Assembly: GCA_964567265.1 (NCBI GenBank)
Contig: CAZMLK010000002.1
Location: forward strand, 66,996-130,995
From: an uncultured Candidatus Saccharibacteria bacterium
GTDB lineage: Bacteria > Patescibacteriota > Minisyncoccia > Phycocordibacterales > UBA12088
Direction: 5' to 3'
DNA: 64,000 nucleotides
Position numbers and translations under genes: made by a program. The notes under the pieces were generated by a model, which was not told the DNA's origin, ran no database searches, and was given only the letters and a program-made list of their open reading frames with translations. Numbering within the stretch: the stretch's first letter is position 1; the number at the start of each line of letters is the position of its first letter. Shown here piece after piece: positions 27,265 through 36,539 of this stretch.

Positions 27265-29763
27265 ATGCGGAAAAAAATCCGCAAAATCCCGCTCCAGACA
27301 CTCGCCGTCCTTGGCATCGCCGCATGTTTCTTCATCGGCGGTCTTGTCCTTATATTTGCCACCACCATCAAGACTCCGGACCTCGGTGCATTCGAAGGCC
27401 GCCGTGTCGCACAGTCCACGAAGATCTACGACCGTACCGGAAAGATCCTCCTCTACGATCTCCATCAGGATAAGCAGCGGACGGAGATCCCCTTCGACAC
27501 CATCTCCCCATACATCAAGCATGCGACCATCGCGATCGAAGACGCCGAGTTTTATCAGCACGGCGGCATCCAGCCGACCGCCATCATCCGGGCGGTCCTT
27601 GCGAACCTGATACCGGGCGGATACACCCAAGGCGGCTCGACCATCACCCAGCAGGTGGTGAAGAATTCGATCCTGGTCAAAGACAAGACTATCTCGCGCA
27701 AGATCAAGGAATGGTTCCTTGCGATCAAGCTCGAGAAGAAGTACTCGAAGGACGAGATCCTCGGATTCTATCTGAATGAATCTCCGTATGGCGGCAGCCT
27801 CTATGGCGTCGAGGAGGCGGCGCAGACCTTCTTCGGCAAGTCTGCGCACGATGTCACCGCGGCTGAAGCCGCCTACATCGCCGCTCTTCCGCAGGCGCCG
27901 ACGCGCTATTCCCCGTATGGCAATCACCGGAACGAGCTCGATGCACGCCAGAAGATCGTGCTCGACCGCATGCATAAGTTCAATTATCTCACTGACGAAG
28001 AGTACACGGCCGCGAAAGCGGAAAACGTCACCTTCCTCCCGCAGCGAAACACAGGCATCAATGCCCCTCACTTCGTGTTCTATGTCCGTGACTACCTCGA
28101 GAAGAAATACGGCGATGAAGCGCTCGAGGAACAAGGACTCCGCGTGACGACGACGCTCGACTTCCCGCTCCAGCAGAAGGGCGAGGAGATCGTGAAGAAG
28201 TTCGCGCTCGAGAACGAGAAGAACTTCAACGCGTCGAATGCGGCACTGACCGCCATCGATCCGAAGACCGGACAGATTCTCGTGATGGTAGGCTCCCGCG
28301 ACTACTTCGACGAGAAGATCGACGGCAACTTCAATGTCGCCGTGACCGGCAACCGCCAACCGGGCTCCTCCTTCAAGCCATTCGTCTATGCGACGGCATT
28401 CTCAAAGGGATATACGCCCGAGACCGTACTCTTTGACGTCCCGACGCAGTTCTCAACCTCCTGTGCTCCTGATGATTTCTCGAGCGGCGGTGACTGCTAC
28501 TCCCCAGTCAACTATGACGGCATTTTCCGAGGACCTATGTCCCTCCGGAACGCGCTCGCGCAGTCCATCAACATACCGGCAGTGAAGCTCTTCTACCTCG
28601 CCGGCCAGAAGGACGCACTTAAGCTGGCCCAGAACATGGGTATTACGACACTCGGAAAGAGCGGCCAATACGGGCTCACCCTCGTACTCGGAGGCGGCGA
28701 AGTCTCTCTGCTTGATATGACCAGCGCGTACGGCGTTTTTGCGAATGAGGGCGTGAAGAATCCGCCCGTCGGCATCCTCCGCGTCGAGGACGCTAATGGC
28801 AAGGTACTTGAAGAATACAAGCCAAATGCAAGCCAAGTGCTCGAGAGCCGGGTCGCCGAAACTATTTCTGATGTCCTCTCGGACAATGTCGCGCGCGCGC
28901 CAGCATACGGCGAGAATTCTGTGCTCCGCTTCTCCGGATATGATGTCGCCGCGAAGACCGGTACTACCAACGAATACCGCGATGCCTGGATCATGGGCTA
29001 CACCCCGATGATTTCCGTGGGCGCGTGGGCAGGAAACAATGACAACAGCCCGATGCAGAAGAAGGTCGCCGGATTCATCGTCGCACCTCTCTGGAACGCG
29101 TTCATGCAGGAGGCGCTGAAGAACTATGGCGCGGAGCACTTCCAGAAACCGCTCCCGGTTGATAACTACGCGAGCCTGAAGCCGGTACTCCGCGGATTCT
29201 GGCAGGGTGGCGAATCTGTGTACGTAGACAAAACGACCGGTGCGGCTGCGACGGAATTCACGCCGCCCGAGCTCAGAGAAGAACGGATCCAGCCGAACGT
29301 GCACAGCATCCTCTTCTGGGTGAATCGAAACGATCCGCTCGGACCGGCTCCCTCGAACCCCGGAAGCGATCCTCAGTTCTCGAGGTGGGAATACGGCGTC
29401 CAGGCATGGAAAATGCAGCACGGAGTCACTGACACGCCAATAAACGTCCCTCAGAGTACCGACGACATACATAAACCCGAGAATGCCCCCGTGCTCTCGC
29501 TCCAAAGCCCGACTCCAGGACAAGCATTCAAGAAGGATGATGTGATAACGATCTCAGTCTCTTCGAGCGGGAAGTTCCCCCTCTCGAAGGTCGACTTCGC
29601 CGCGAATGGAGCCACACTCGGCTCTGCGACAAAGGCACCCTTCCTCTTCACCTTCACTCCGGAGGATTTCTCTCTCGTTGGTACCGTGAATATTTCCGCA
29701 ACGGGATACGACACACAACTCAACAAGAGCACGATCAATGTGACGGTGAGTGTCCAGAATTAG
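27265..29763 (+). CDS. class A penicillin-binding protein (transglycosylase + transpeptidase) with extra C-terminal domain
   Basis: start at MRKKIRKIPLQTLAVLGIAACFFIGG; GT51 motifs IEDAEFYQHGGI, TITQQ; transpeptidase SSFKPFVY, SxN, KTGT. Confidence 0.85.
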   Translation: MRKKIRKIPLQTLAVLGIAACFFIGGLVLIFATTIKTPDLGAFEGRRVAQSTKIYDRTGKILLYDLHQDKQRTEIPFDTISPYIKHATIAIEDAEFYQHGGIQPTAIIRAVLANLIPGGYTQGGSTITQQVVKNSILVKDKTISRKIKEWFLAIKLEKKYSKDEILGFYLNESPYGGSLYGVEEAAQTFFGKSAHDVTAAEAAYIAALPQAPTRYSPYGNHRNELDARQKIVLDRMHKFNYLTDEEYTAAKAENVTFLPQRNTGINAPHFVFYVRDYLEKKYGDEALEEQGLRVTTTLDFPLQQKGEEIVKKFALENEKNFNASNAALTAIDPKTGQILVMVGSRDYFDEKIDGNFNVAVTGNRQPGSSFKPFVYATAFSKGYTPETVLFDVPTQFSTSCAPDDFSSGGDCYSPVNYDGIFRGPMSLRNALAQSINIPAVKLFYLAGQKDALKLAQNMGITTLGKSGQYGLTLVLGGGEVSLLDMTSAYGVFANEGVKNPPVGILRVEDANGKVLEEYKPNASQVLESRVAETISDVLSDNVARAPAYGENSVLRFSGYDVAAKTGTTNEYRDAWIMGYTPMISVGAWAGNNDNSPMQKKVAGFIVAPLWNAFMQEALKNYGAEHFQKPLPVDNYASLKPVLRGFWQGGESVYVDKTTGAAATEFTPPELREERIQPNVHSILFWVNRNDPLGPAPSNPGSDPQFSRWEYGVQAWKMQHGVTDTPINVPQSTDDIHKPENAPVLSLQSPTPGQAFKKDDVITISVSSSGKFPLSKVDFAANGATLGSATKAPFLFTFTPEDFSLVGTVNISATGYDTQLNKSTINVTVSVQN

Positions 29764-29767
29764 ATTC

Positions 29768-30037
29768 CTACCGGATTTCCGTGACTGGAGCTGCCTGACC
29801 GCTCAGCAACTGCTCCCGGATACGCCGGAGTATCTCCCCTTTCCGGAGCATGAGCTCGTTCCGAAGGACTGAGTTCGCTTGGATATAGGCCACGGTGCCC
29901 TGGATGCGCACCTGCTTTTCGGTGAGCGCGATCCCGCACACGCGTTCCACCTGCTCGACGACCATGCGCTTCGCGACTCCCTCGGGCGGAGTGAGTACCT
30001 GAAAACGCTTCAGAAAGTGTTGTATCCCCTGCAACAT
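29768..30037 (-). CDS. DUF721-like small protein downstream of dnaN
   Basis: 89 aa; conserved position after dnaA-dnaN; weak similarity in layout only. Confidence 0.45.
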   Translation of the reverse strand: MLQGIQHFLKRFQVLTPPEGVAKRMVVEQVERVCGIALTEKQVRIQGTVAYIQANSVLRNELMLRKGEILRRIREQLLSGQAAPVTEIR

Positions 30038-30062
30038 AACGCGCGTATTACTGAAAAAGAGC

Positions 30063-31163
30063 TTAGCGGTTCATTGGCATCACCAAGTAGAGGAAGGAGG
30101 AGTCCGAGATGCCGCGGATAACGAGCGGCTTCCCGAATCCTGAGAATGACAAGGAAACGCTATCCGAATTGATAGATTGGAAGCAATCAGTGAGATAGCG
30201 AGTATTGAAACTGATCTCGAGATCATCCCCTGAGAGGCTCGCTTCGAGATTTTCTGTTATCTCACCCACTTCGTCATTTTTCGCGAAGAGAATGCATTTT
30301 TTCTTTTTCGGCTGGATCGTGAAGCGTATCTGGTTGAATTTATCCGAGAAGATATTCGTCCGTCGGAGCGCCTGCACCAGATCTTCCCGAAGGAGTATGA
30401 CTTCAGTCGTCTGACCCTTCGGAATGATCTGCCGGTAGTCCGGGAAGGAGCCTTGAACAAGCCTCGAGGTGAGATACACCTGCTCGAAGACGAACGAGAT
30501 CTGGTGCTCGGTCGAACGCACTTCGATTTCTCCCGAAGCCTGTTCGAGGACGCGGATGATTTCGGGGATATTCCGCGAGGGGATGAGGAATGAAGTGATA
30601 TCCGTCTTCCCCTTCAAGGGAACCATTTTTTCTCCGAGACGGAATGAGTCAGTCGCAACAAACACGAGGGCGTTCTGCTCTTGGTACAGATAGACGCTGG
30701 CGAGCTCAGGCTTGATGAGCGATGTCGAGGCAGCGTACCAGACCGCACGGAGTCCTTTCAAGAAATCTTCTGCCTGGATTCTTGCCGCGCCCCTCTCATC
30801 GAGAGTTGGAATCGTGGGGAATTCTTCTTCCGGGTAGGTCTTCAAACGGACCTCGCCGGTTCCCGAACGGACGTACAAGGATCCATCTTTTGTCTCAAGG
30901 CCGATGATTCCAGTCTTGCCTTCGGAACGGAGCATTTGGAAAAAAGTTGAGGCGGATACCACCGCAATCCCTTCGGAGGCCACCTTCGCTGGAATGGTCA
31001 CCTCGATGCCGATCTCGAGATTGGTCGCACGGAGAGTGATGTAGTTCTTGCGAGCCTCTATCCGAATCGTTGAGAGGATCGGGAACGCCGCATTCTTTCC
31101 TGAAATCTTTTCAGTCAGCCCCCCGTACTTTTCCAGATCCTGTTTTCCGAGTTCAACCTTCAT
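30063..31163 (-). CDS. dnaN: DNA polymerase III beta sliding clamp
   Basis: 366 aa, three-domain clamp; N-terminus MKVELGKQDLEKYGGLTEKISGKNAAFPILS typical. Confidence 0.9.
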   Translation of the reverse strand: MKVELGKQDLEKYGGLTEKISGKNAAFPILSTIRIEARKNYITLRATNLEIGIEVTIPAKVASEGIAVVSASTFFQMLRSEGKTGIIGLETKDGSLYVRSGTGEVRLKTYPEEEFPTIPTLDERGAARIQAEDFLKGLRAVWYAASTSLIKPELASVYLYQEQNALVFVATDSFRLGEKMVPLKGKTDITSFLIPSRNIPEIIRVLEQASGEIEVRSTEHQISFVFEQVYLTSRLVQGSFPDYRQIIPKGQTTEVILLREDLVQALRRTNIFSDKFNQIRFTIQPKKKKCILFAKNDEVGEITENLEASLSGDDLEISFNTRYLTDCFQSINSDSVSLSFSGFGKPLVIRGISDSSFLYLVMPMNR

Positions 31164-31413
31164 GGTATTTTTGTTTCTAATTTTTTAAATTAAATTCAAA
31201 TTTTCTCTATTATGGGTGTGGATAGGGGGACAACTCGATTATACGTTCCAAGCATTCACTCTTTGGGTGTTCCATTTTGGGATAACCTCTGGGAACAATC
31301 ACTTTTCCAAACCTCCTTTTTAAAAAACTTTTTTCATCCCCGTTTCATCACCATCTTCTCCCACCCGTTCTCCCTGCACTTGTCCCTACCCCTATTCCCA
31401 TGATATCCACAAC
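31164..31413. promoter_or_regulatory. putative oriC (dnaA-dnaN intergenic): AT-rich unwinding stretch plus DnaA-box-like 9-mers
   Basis: TTGTTTCTAATTTTTTAAATTAAATTCAAATTTTCTCTATTA; TGTGGATAG at 31217-31225 and ATATCCACA at 31403-31411 (8/9 to TTATCCACA). Confidence 0.5.
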
Positions 31414-32766
31414 TCACTTCAACATCATGCGGATGTGATTCACTTCTTGGAGAAGGAGCGAGTCCGTGAGGACGTCCTGCTTTATCTTTTCGCAGGAGTG
31501 AATCACTGTCGTGTGGTCACGTCCGCCGAGCTTCTGACCGATCGTCGGGTACGAGACGCTGAAATCCTCGCGGAGGATATACATGATGAGTTGTCGCGGC
31601 TTCACGACCTCCTTTTTGCGCGTCTTCTCGTAAATCGAATTCTCTTCGATGTTATAGAATTCCGCGACCTTCTTCACGACTTCCCTGATCGAAATGGTCT
31701 TTTTCGGCTTCGGCCCGTTCTTGATGAGCTGTCGCACGTCGCCGAGAGAGAGAGTTGTCCCCTTGAGATGTGTCTGGCAGATGATGGAATTGAGTGATCC
31801 CTCGAGATCGCGAATGTTTCCCTGTACGGTATCGGCGACATGCTCCAGAATCTCATCACTCAGGATGAAATTGTTGTGCCCGGCCTTGGTGCGAAGGATG
31901 ACGATGCGGGATTCACGATCCGGCTCGGAGATATCGACAATCATTCCCTGAGAAAAGCGTGATTTCAAGCGCTCCTCAAGGTTCTGGATGTAGTTCGGGT
32001 GCTTGTCCGAGGAGAATACGATCTGCTTGTTGTTCTCATAGAGCGCGTTGAAGAGATGGAAGAGCTCTTCCTGGGTGCGCTCTTTCTGCGAGAAGAACTG
32101 GATGTCGTCCATGATGAGGACGTCATACTGGCGGTATTTCTCCTTGAAGGCGTTCATGGTTCCTGCTTGGAGTGCTGCAAGGTAATCGATGGCGTATTTC
32201 TCCGAGGTCACGTAAAAGACCTTCTTCGAAGGGCTCATCTTCTTCACCTGGTTTCCGATGGCCTGGATCAGGTGCGTCTTCCCATACCCGGTCGATCCAT
32301 AGATGAAGAGCGGATTATACATGATTCCCGGGCGCTGGATGACCGCCTGCGAAGCCGCGTGGGCGAGTTCATTGAATGGCCCGACGACGAAGGTGTCGAA
32401 GGTGTAGCGTGGGTTGAGGTTGTCATTTCGGTTGATGTAGTGCTCATCGAGCGGGAGCTCGTTCCCCATGTAGGGCGTGCGGATCTCCTCAGGCCGATCT
32501 CGATGCTTCTCGCTCTTTGAAACCACGAATTCCGTGCTCCGCACCGCCGGGAAGGAGTCCCTGAGCGCCTTGAGTATCATTTTGTGGTATTTTTGCGACA
32601 GCCAGTCCTTCACGAACTCGCTTGGAACGCCGACCACCACGACCCCATCTTCCCTCCTCACGATATGCGTATCTCGAAACCACATCTTGAAGTTGGATTT
32701 CGAGATCGCGAGCTCTACTTCAACGAGCACGTTTTCCCAGAGCTGCTTGTTCGTAATGGTTTCCAT
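31414..32766 (-). CDS. dnaA: chromosomal replication initiator DnaA
   Basis: Walker A GSTGYGKTHLIQAIGN, AAA+ sensor motifs, C-terminal DNA-binding domain ...HTTVIHSCEKI. Confidence 0.9.
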   Translation of the reverse strand: METITNKQLWENVLVEVELAISKSNFKMWFRDTHIVRREDGVVVVGVPSEFVKDWLSQKYHKMILKALRDSFPAVRSTEFVVSKSEKHRDRPEEIRTPYMGNELPLDEHYINRNDNLNPRYTFDTFVVGPFNELAHAASQAVIQRPGIMYNPLFIYGSTGYGKTHLIQAIGNQVKKMSPSKKVFYVTSEKYAIDYLAALQAGTMNAFKEKYRQYDVLIMDDIQFFSQKERTQEELFHLFNALYENNKQIVFSSDKHPNYIQNLEERLKSRFSQGMIVDISEPDRESRIVILRTKAGHNNFILSDEILEHVADTVQGNIRDLEGSLNSIICQTHLKGTTLSLGDVRQLIKNGPKPKKTISIREVVKKVAEFYNIEENSIYEKTRKKEVVKPRQLIMYILREDFSVSYPTIGQKLGGRDHTTVIHSCEKIKQDVLTDSLLLQEVNHIRMMLK

Positions 32767-32896
32767 AGTAGGATAGGGGTTCAGGTCACTATTATATACG
32801 CTCGTTCAAAGCAGCGCGCTTGCGGAATGCCCTGAACTATGTTAATAAAATGTGTATAACCTGTAGAGAGCGCAGGGCCGCACAGTCTTAAACACC

Positions 32897-33031
32897 ATGT
32901 CAACAACCTACCAGCCAAAAAAGAAGAAGCGGAAGACAACGCATGGGTTCCTCGTGCGCCAGAAATCGAGCACCGGACGCGCCATCATCCAGAAGCGACG
33001 CCGCAAGGGGCGCGCGAAGCTCGCAGTCTAG
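32897..33031 (+). CDS. rpmH: 50S ribosomal protein L34
   Basis: 44-aa product MSTTYQPKKKKRKTTHGFLVRQKSSTGRAIIQKRRRKGRAKLAV; not in ORF track (<60 aa); precedes rnpA. Confidence 0.85.
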   Translation: MSTTYQPKKKKRKTTHGFLVRQKSSTGRAIIQKRRRKGRAKLAV

Positions 33032-33036
33032 GTCGT

Positions 33037-33384
33037 ATGCTCCCTCGCTCCTCGAGGATTAGCCGCACAGCCTTCCCTGAAGCCGCAAAACGGGGCCGCC
33101 GGTACACTGCCCCCCACATATCGCTCACATTCTCCCCTGCCCCCCTGGAACCGGGTGTTTCGTTCGTGACATCTAAGGCGGTCGCCAAAAAGGCTACCGA
33201 GCGGAACATCCTCAAGAGACGTGGGTATGCCTCCATCGAGGGATTGGGCTTTCGCAAGGCACCTTTCCCGGGAAAAGCGATATTTTACTTTAAAAAAGGT
33301 GCCCCTAGTCTCTCATTCAAGCTTCTCTCCTTGGAAATCGAGGGTCTTTTGCGAGAAGCGGGCGTATTTACGGGAGTACGATAG
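33037..33384 (+). CDS. rnpA: RNase P protein component
   Basis: basic 115-aa protein in conserved rpmH-rnpA-yidC order. Confidence 0.75.
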   Translation: MLPRSSRISRTAFPEAAKRGRRYTAPHISLTFSPAPLEPGVSFVTSKAVAKKATERNILKRRGYASIEGLGFRKAPFPGKAIFYFKKGAPSLSFKLLSLEIEGLLREAGVFTGVR

Positions 33385-33432
33385 GGGTCACGGGGACGCG
33401 TTGCCCCTTCTAGACCACTCCTGTAGAATGGC

Positions 33433-34179
33433 GTGATGATAGGAAGCTTCTTCCGAGCCGTTTTTTACGATCCCCTCTACAACATCCTCATCCTCTTTAT
33501 CGGCTTCGTGCCAGGGGGTGATGTTGGTGTCGCGGTCATCGCGCTCACCTTGGTCGTCAAATTCGCCCTCCTACCGGTGCTCTTCAAGGGTGCCCGAACG
33601 CAGGCGATTCTTCGGAGCCTCGAGCCGAAGCTCGCCGCCATCCGCGAGAAGATGAAGGATACGCCTGAAGAAATGGCAAAAGCGACATTCGCGCTCTATA
33701 AGGAATATAAGGTAAACCCCTTCTCTGCGCTCATTCCGGTACTCGTCCAGACCCCCTTCCTCCTCGCCCTCTTCTTCATCTTCTCGCGAGGCGGCCTCCC
33801 CGACCTCAAGCTCGATATCCTCTATCCCTTTGTCACGCACCCTGAGCAGATTTCCATGCACCTTTTCGGACTCTTCGAGGTGACCCGGAAAAGCATCGTC
33901 CTTGCATTCATCGCGGCAGGAAGCCAGTTCGTGTACAGCCTCTTCTCCTTGCCGCCGCTTGAAACGAGGAAGGCTGATGCCTCCTTCAAGGATGACTTCG
34001 CCCGAAGCTTCCAGCTCAATATCCGATACATACTCCCGGCGATCATTGGTGTCTTCGCCTACACCCTCCCTTCTGCGGTCGCGATTTCGTGGATTACGGG
34101 CAATATATTCGGAACAATCCAAGAACTCTATGTCCGCAGGCGTCTGACAAAAGAGGGTATCTTGCCGCAAAAGGTATGA
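33433..34179 (+). CDS. yidC: membrane protein insertase YidC (short form)
   Basis: multi-TM 60 kDa-IMP core; conserved gene order. Confidence 0.85.
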   Translation: MMIGSFFRAVFYDPLYNILILFIGFVPGGDVGVAVIALTLVVKFALLPVLFKGARTQAILRSLEPKLAAIREKMKDTPEEMAKATFALYKEYKVNPFSALIPVLVQTPFLLALFFIFSRGGLPDLKLDILYPFVTHPEQISMHLFGLFEVTRKSIVLAFIAAGSQFVYSLFSLPPLETRKADASFKDDFARSFQLNIRYILPAIIGVFAYTLPSAVAISWITGNIFGTIQELYVRRRLTKEGILPQKV

Positions 34180-34688
34180 ACGAAAACCACTCGGCCACAG
34201 CACAGGAACCTACGGAAATGCTGGATCACGAGCGGGTACTTTCTATAATCAAAGAATGTCTCTCGCATCTGGACGTACCCTATACGTCAGTTTTTTTTGA
34301 GGAAAAAGGAGCGCATCCGCTTTTCCAGATACGGACAGATGATTCAAAGACGCTCATCGGCGCGGAGGGAGCGGTCCTCGACGCGCTCAATCATGTTGTG
34401 CGGCGGATCATAGAGCGGATCCTCGGTGAGAAAGCTGCCCACACGATCTCCATCGATGTGAACGGATATCGCTCACGGAAGATCGAGGAGCTTGCGAATA
34501 AAGCACGCATGGTTGCGGAGCGTGTCCGCCTGTTCAAGTCCGATGTGGAGCTCTCCCCTATGACTTCATATGAGCGCATGATCATCCATGCGCTGTTCGC
34601 GGAAGATCCTGACATAACGACAGAATCCGCAGGGGAAGGAAAGTTCCGCCGCGTGATCATGAAGGCGCGCTCGCGCTCGCTAACCTAG
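34176..34688 (+). CDS. Jag/KhpB-like RNA-binding protein (KH + R3H)
   Basis: start at MNENHSATAQ (ATGA overlap with yidC stop); C-terminal R3H-like segment MIIHALFAEDPDITTESAGEG. Confidence 0.7.
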   Translation: MNENHSATAQEPTEMLDHERVLSIIKECLSHLDVPYTSVFFEEKGAHPLFQIRTDDSKTLIGAEGAVLDALNHVVRRIIERILGEKAAHTISIDVNGYRSRKIEELANKARMVAERVRLFKSDVELSPMTSYERMIIHALFAEDPDITTESAGEGKFRRVIMKARSRSLT

Positions 34689-36022
34689 AGGGAGGTCGAG
34701 GTCGCGCTCTCCTCAAGCACGGGAGCGATAGGTTCTGGGTCAGATACGTATGCCTGTGGAGTGATCAGACGGTATGCATAGAGCATGCTGTCTGTTTTGT
34801 TTCTGAAAAGCAGGTAGGATTCGTCTGCCGTGAGTTCGGGATCAATAGCATCGAGCTCGGTCCGATTCGTGATGAGTGGTATGTTGAGGAGTGTCGCGTT
34901 TCCGGTATCGGCGTCAATCTTCCAGAGGTTGTCCGAGAAGGAGCGCTTCCCCTGATACCAGAGCATGATGTCCTTCACTGTTGGGATTTCGCGCGGAGCG
35001 AAGCAGAAGACGATATTTGCCTGCGCACGGCTCCATGCGCACGTTTCAGGGAGTACCTGTACTGAGATCGGTACTGTCGTATTCTGCTGCCGATTGAGCA
35101 CACTCGTTGTAATGGCATTGCTGGTCAAGTCTTTCGATGTGAAGAGTATGCGTGAAAGATCAGGACTGGTTCTTGTTTGGAGCCCTTGATACCCTCCGAG
35201 AACGCGGGTGAGGGATCCGGTCATGGTGTCGAGGAAGAAGAGAATCCCCACCGCATCCTGGTTTGACTTGGTGTTCAAAGTGACGGTATTCCCTCCCGGC
35301 CACTCGGCAATCCATTCCGTGAGCGGAGACTGGAAGATTTCCTTCGTCGCGTGCGATTTCCGGTCAACGACTGTGCCGATGGCCCCGTTGCTGTTCCGGG
35401 TCAAGGTGAATGCACGCTCTCCGTCAGGTGAAAGCGTGGCCCCGATGCTCTGGTCATCAAGGAAAAATCCGTTCAATGTCTTCAAGAGAGATTCAGGCGT
35501 CGGATTCTGTGCGAGTGTGGCGAAGAAGGAACGGACCGTGTTGTTGTCTTCCCCCATATATTGGAGCACCATGCTGTCCTTTCTCCAGGTCGCCTCGGCG
35601 ATTCGCGGGATGGTCACGTTCGCGATTTTTTGTGGAGAGACGGACGTAAGTCCTGTCTCATAGACGTGGCCCGTCTGCGCTTCCATGAAGCGGACAAATG
35701 GCACGCCGGCGCTTCCGAACGACGCAAAGCCAATGACGGGTATGGTTGATACCTGGAGCAGTGTTGCCGTTTCGGGTGCGTCGGAATTGGTAGGAGTCGT
35801 TGTTCCCGTACCCCGGTCCCCGCCTGGAGTCGTGCCGTTATTGCCACCGGTAATCGGGCGCGTATCGTCTCCATTACTGCCGAAAGGGTTGGCGCCATTT
35901 CCTGTGCCGTCTGAAGTGGTTCCACCCATCGTGAAGAGAAGTCCAATGAGAATAATAAGCGCGGCGCCCACGCCGACTCCTCCGAAGACCAGTATTTTTT
36001 TGTTTTTTGGAGTAAGTTTCAT
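34685..36022 (-). CDS. hypothetical secreted protein (N-terminal TM anchor, Gly/Thr-rich linker, beta-rich body)
   Basis: 445 aa; last gene of the long minus-strand T4SS-like operon. Confidence 0.5.
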   Translation of the reverse strand: MKLTPKNKKILVFGGVGVGAALIILIGLLFTMGGTTSDGTGNGANPFGSNGDDTRPITGGNNGTTPGGDRGTGTTTPTNSDAPETATLLQVSTIPVIGFASFGSAGVPFVRFMEAQTGHVYETGLTSVSPQKIANVTIPRIAEATWRKDSMVLQYMGEDNNTVRSFFATLAQNPTPESLLKTLNGFFLDDQSIGATLSPDGERAFTLTRNSNGAIGTVVDRKSHATKEIFQSPLTEWIAEWPGGNTVTLNTKSNQDAVGILFFLDTMTGSLTRVLGGYQGLQTRTSPDLSRILFTSKDLTSNAITTSVLNRQQNTTVPISVQVLPETCAWSRAQANIVFCFAPREIPTVKDIMLWYQGKRSFSDNLWKIDADTGNATLLNIPLITNRTELDAIDPELTADESYLLFRNKTDSMLYAYRLITPQAYVSDPEPIAPVLEESATSTSL

Positions 36023-36535
36023 TTAAGGAACGGTACAGAAGAGGTGGCCGAGCGCGCCGTCGTGGATGCTTCCCATTGCTGCAGTGCAGATTTTCTCAAG
36101 CACAGCCCGTTGCGCCGCATCTCTCGGTATGACGTCGAATATGGTGATCGGCGCGGTAGCCGCCGGCGGCCCGTACGCCGGGACAGACGGCAAGTTGAGG
36201 ACATCCAGGCTGACCAGGTCCGGGTTGATGGTATAGAGGAAGAGATAGGAGATGAGGACGATGAACAATCCTTGGAGCGCGGAGGCGATCTTCTCCTTCC
36301 CATTCCCTTTTGCCATTGGGGTGTCGCTGGCCATGTACTCAAGGCCGCCGATCGTGATCATGATGACCCCGAGAACGGCAGCAAAGCCGATCGTGACCAG
36401 GAAGAGATTACTGATGAGCTCAGGGAACGTGTCGTCGGCGGTCAGCTTTGTGAGTCCGGTGATATTCGTAAGCGAGACGAATACCGGATCTGCTGCGTAC
36501 GCATGTTTCGTTATGAGAAAGAGAAGTGTTTCCAT
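36023..36535 (-). CDS. candidate VirB2/TrbC-like pilin (signal peptide + two hydrophobic helices)
   Basis: 170 aa; putative signal peptide then two long hydrophobic segments separated by a short Lys/Gly loop, as in T4SS pilins; assignment by topology only. Confidence 0.4.
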   Translation of the reverse strand: METLLFLITKHAYAADPVFVSLTNITGLTKLTADDTFPELISNLFLVTIGFAAVLGVIMITIGGLEYMASDTPMAKGNGKEKIASALQGLFIVLISYLFLYTINPDLVSLDVLNLPSVPAYGPPAATAPITIFDVIPRDAAQRAVLEKICTAAMGSIHDGALGHLFCTVP

Positions 36536-36539
36536 GCCT

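Noticed and set aside
33221-33436. YidD (membrane protein insertion efficiency factor) between rnpA and yidC
   Set aside because: The 71-aa ORF lacks the conserved Cys/His YidD motif and overlaps rnpA out of frame. Judged spurious; yidD appears absent here.
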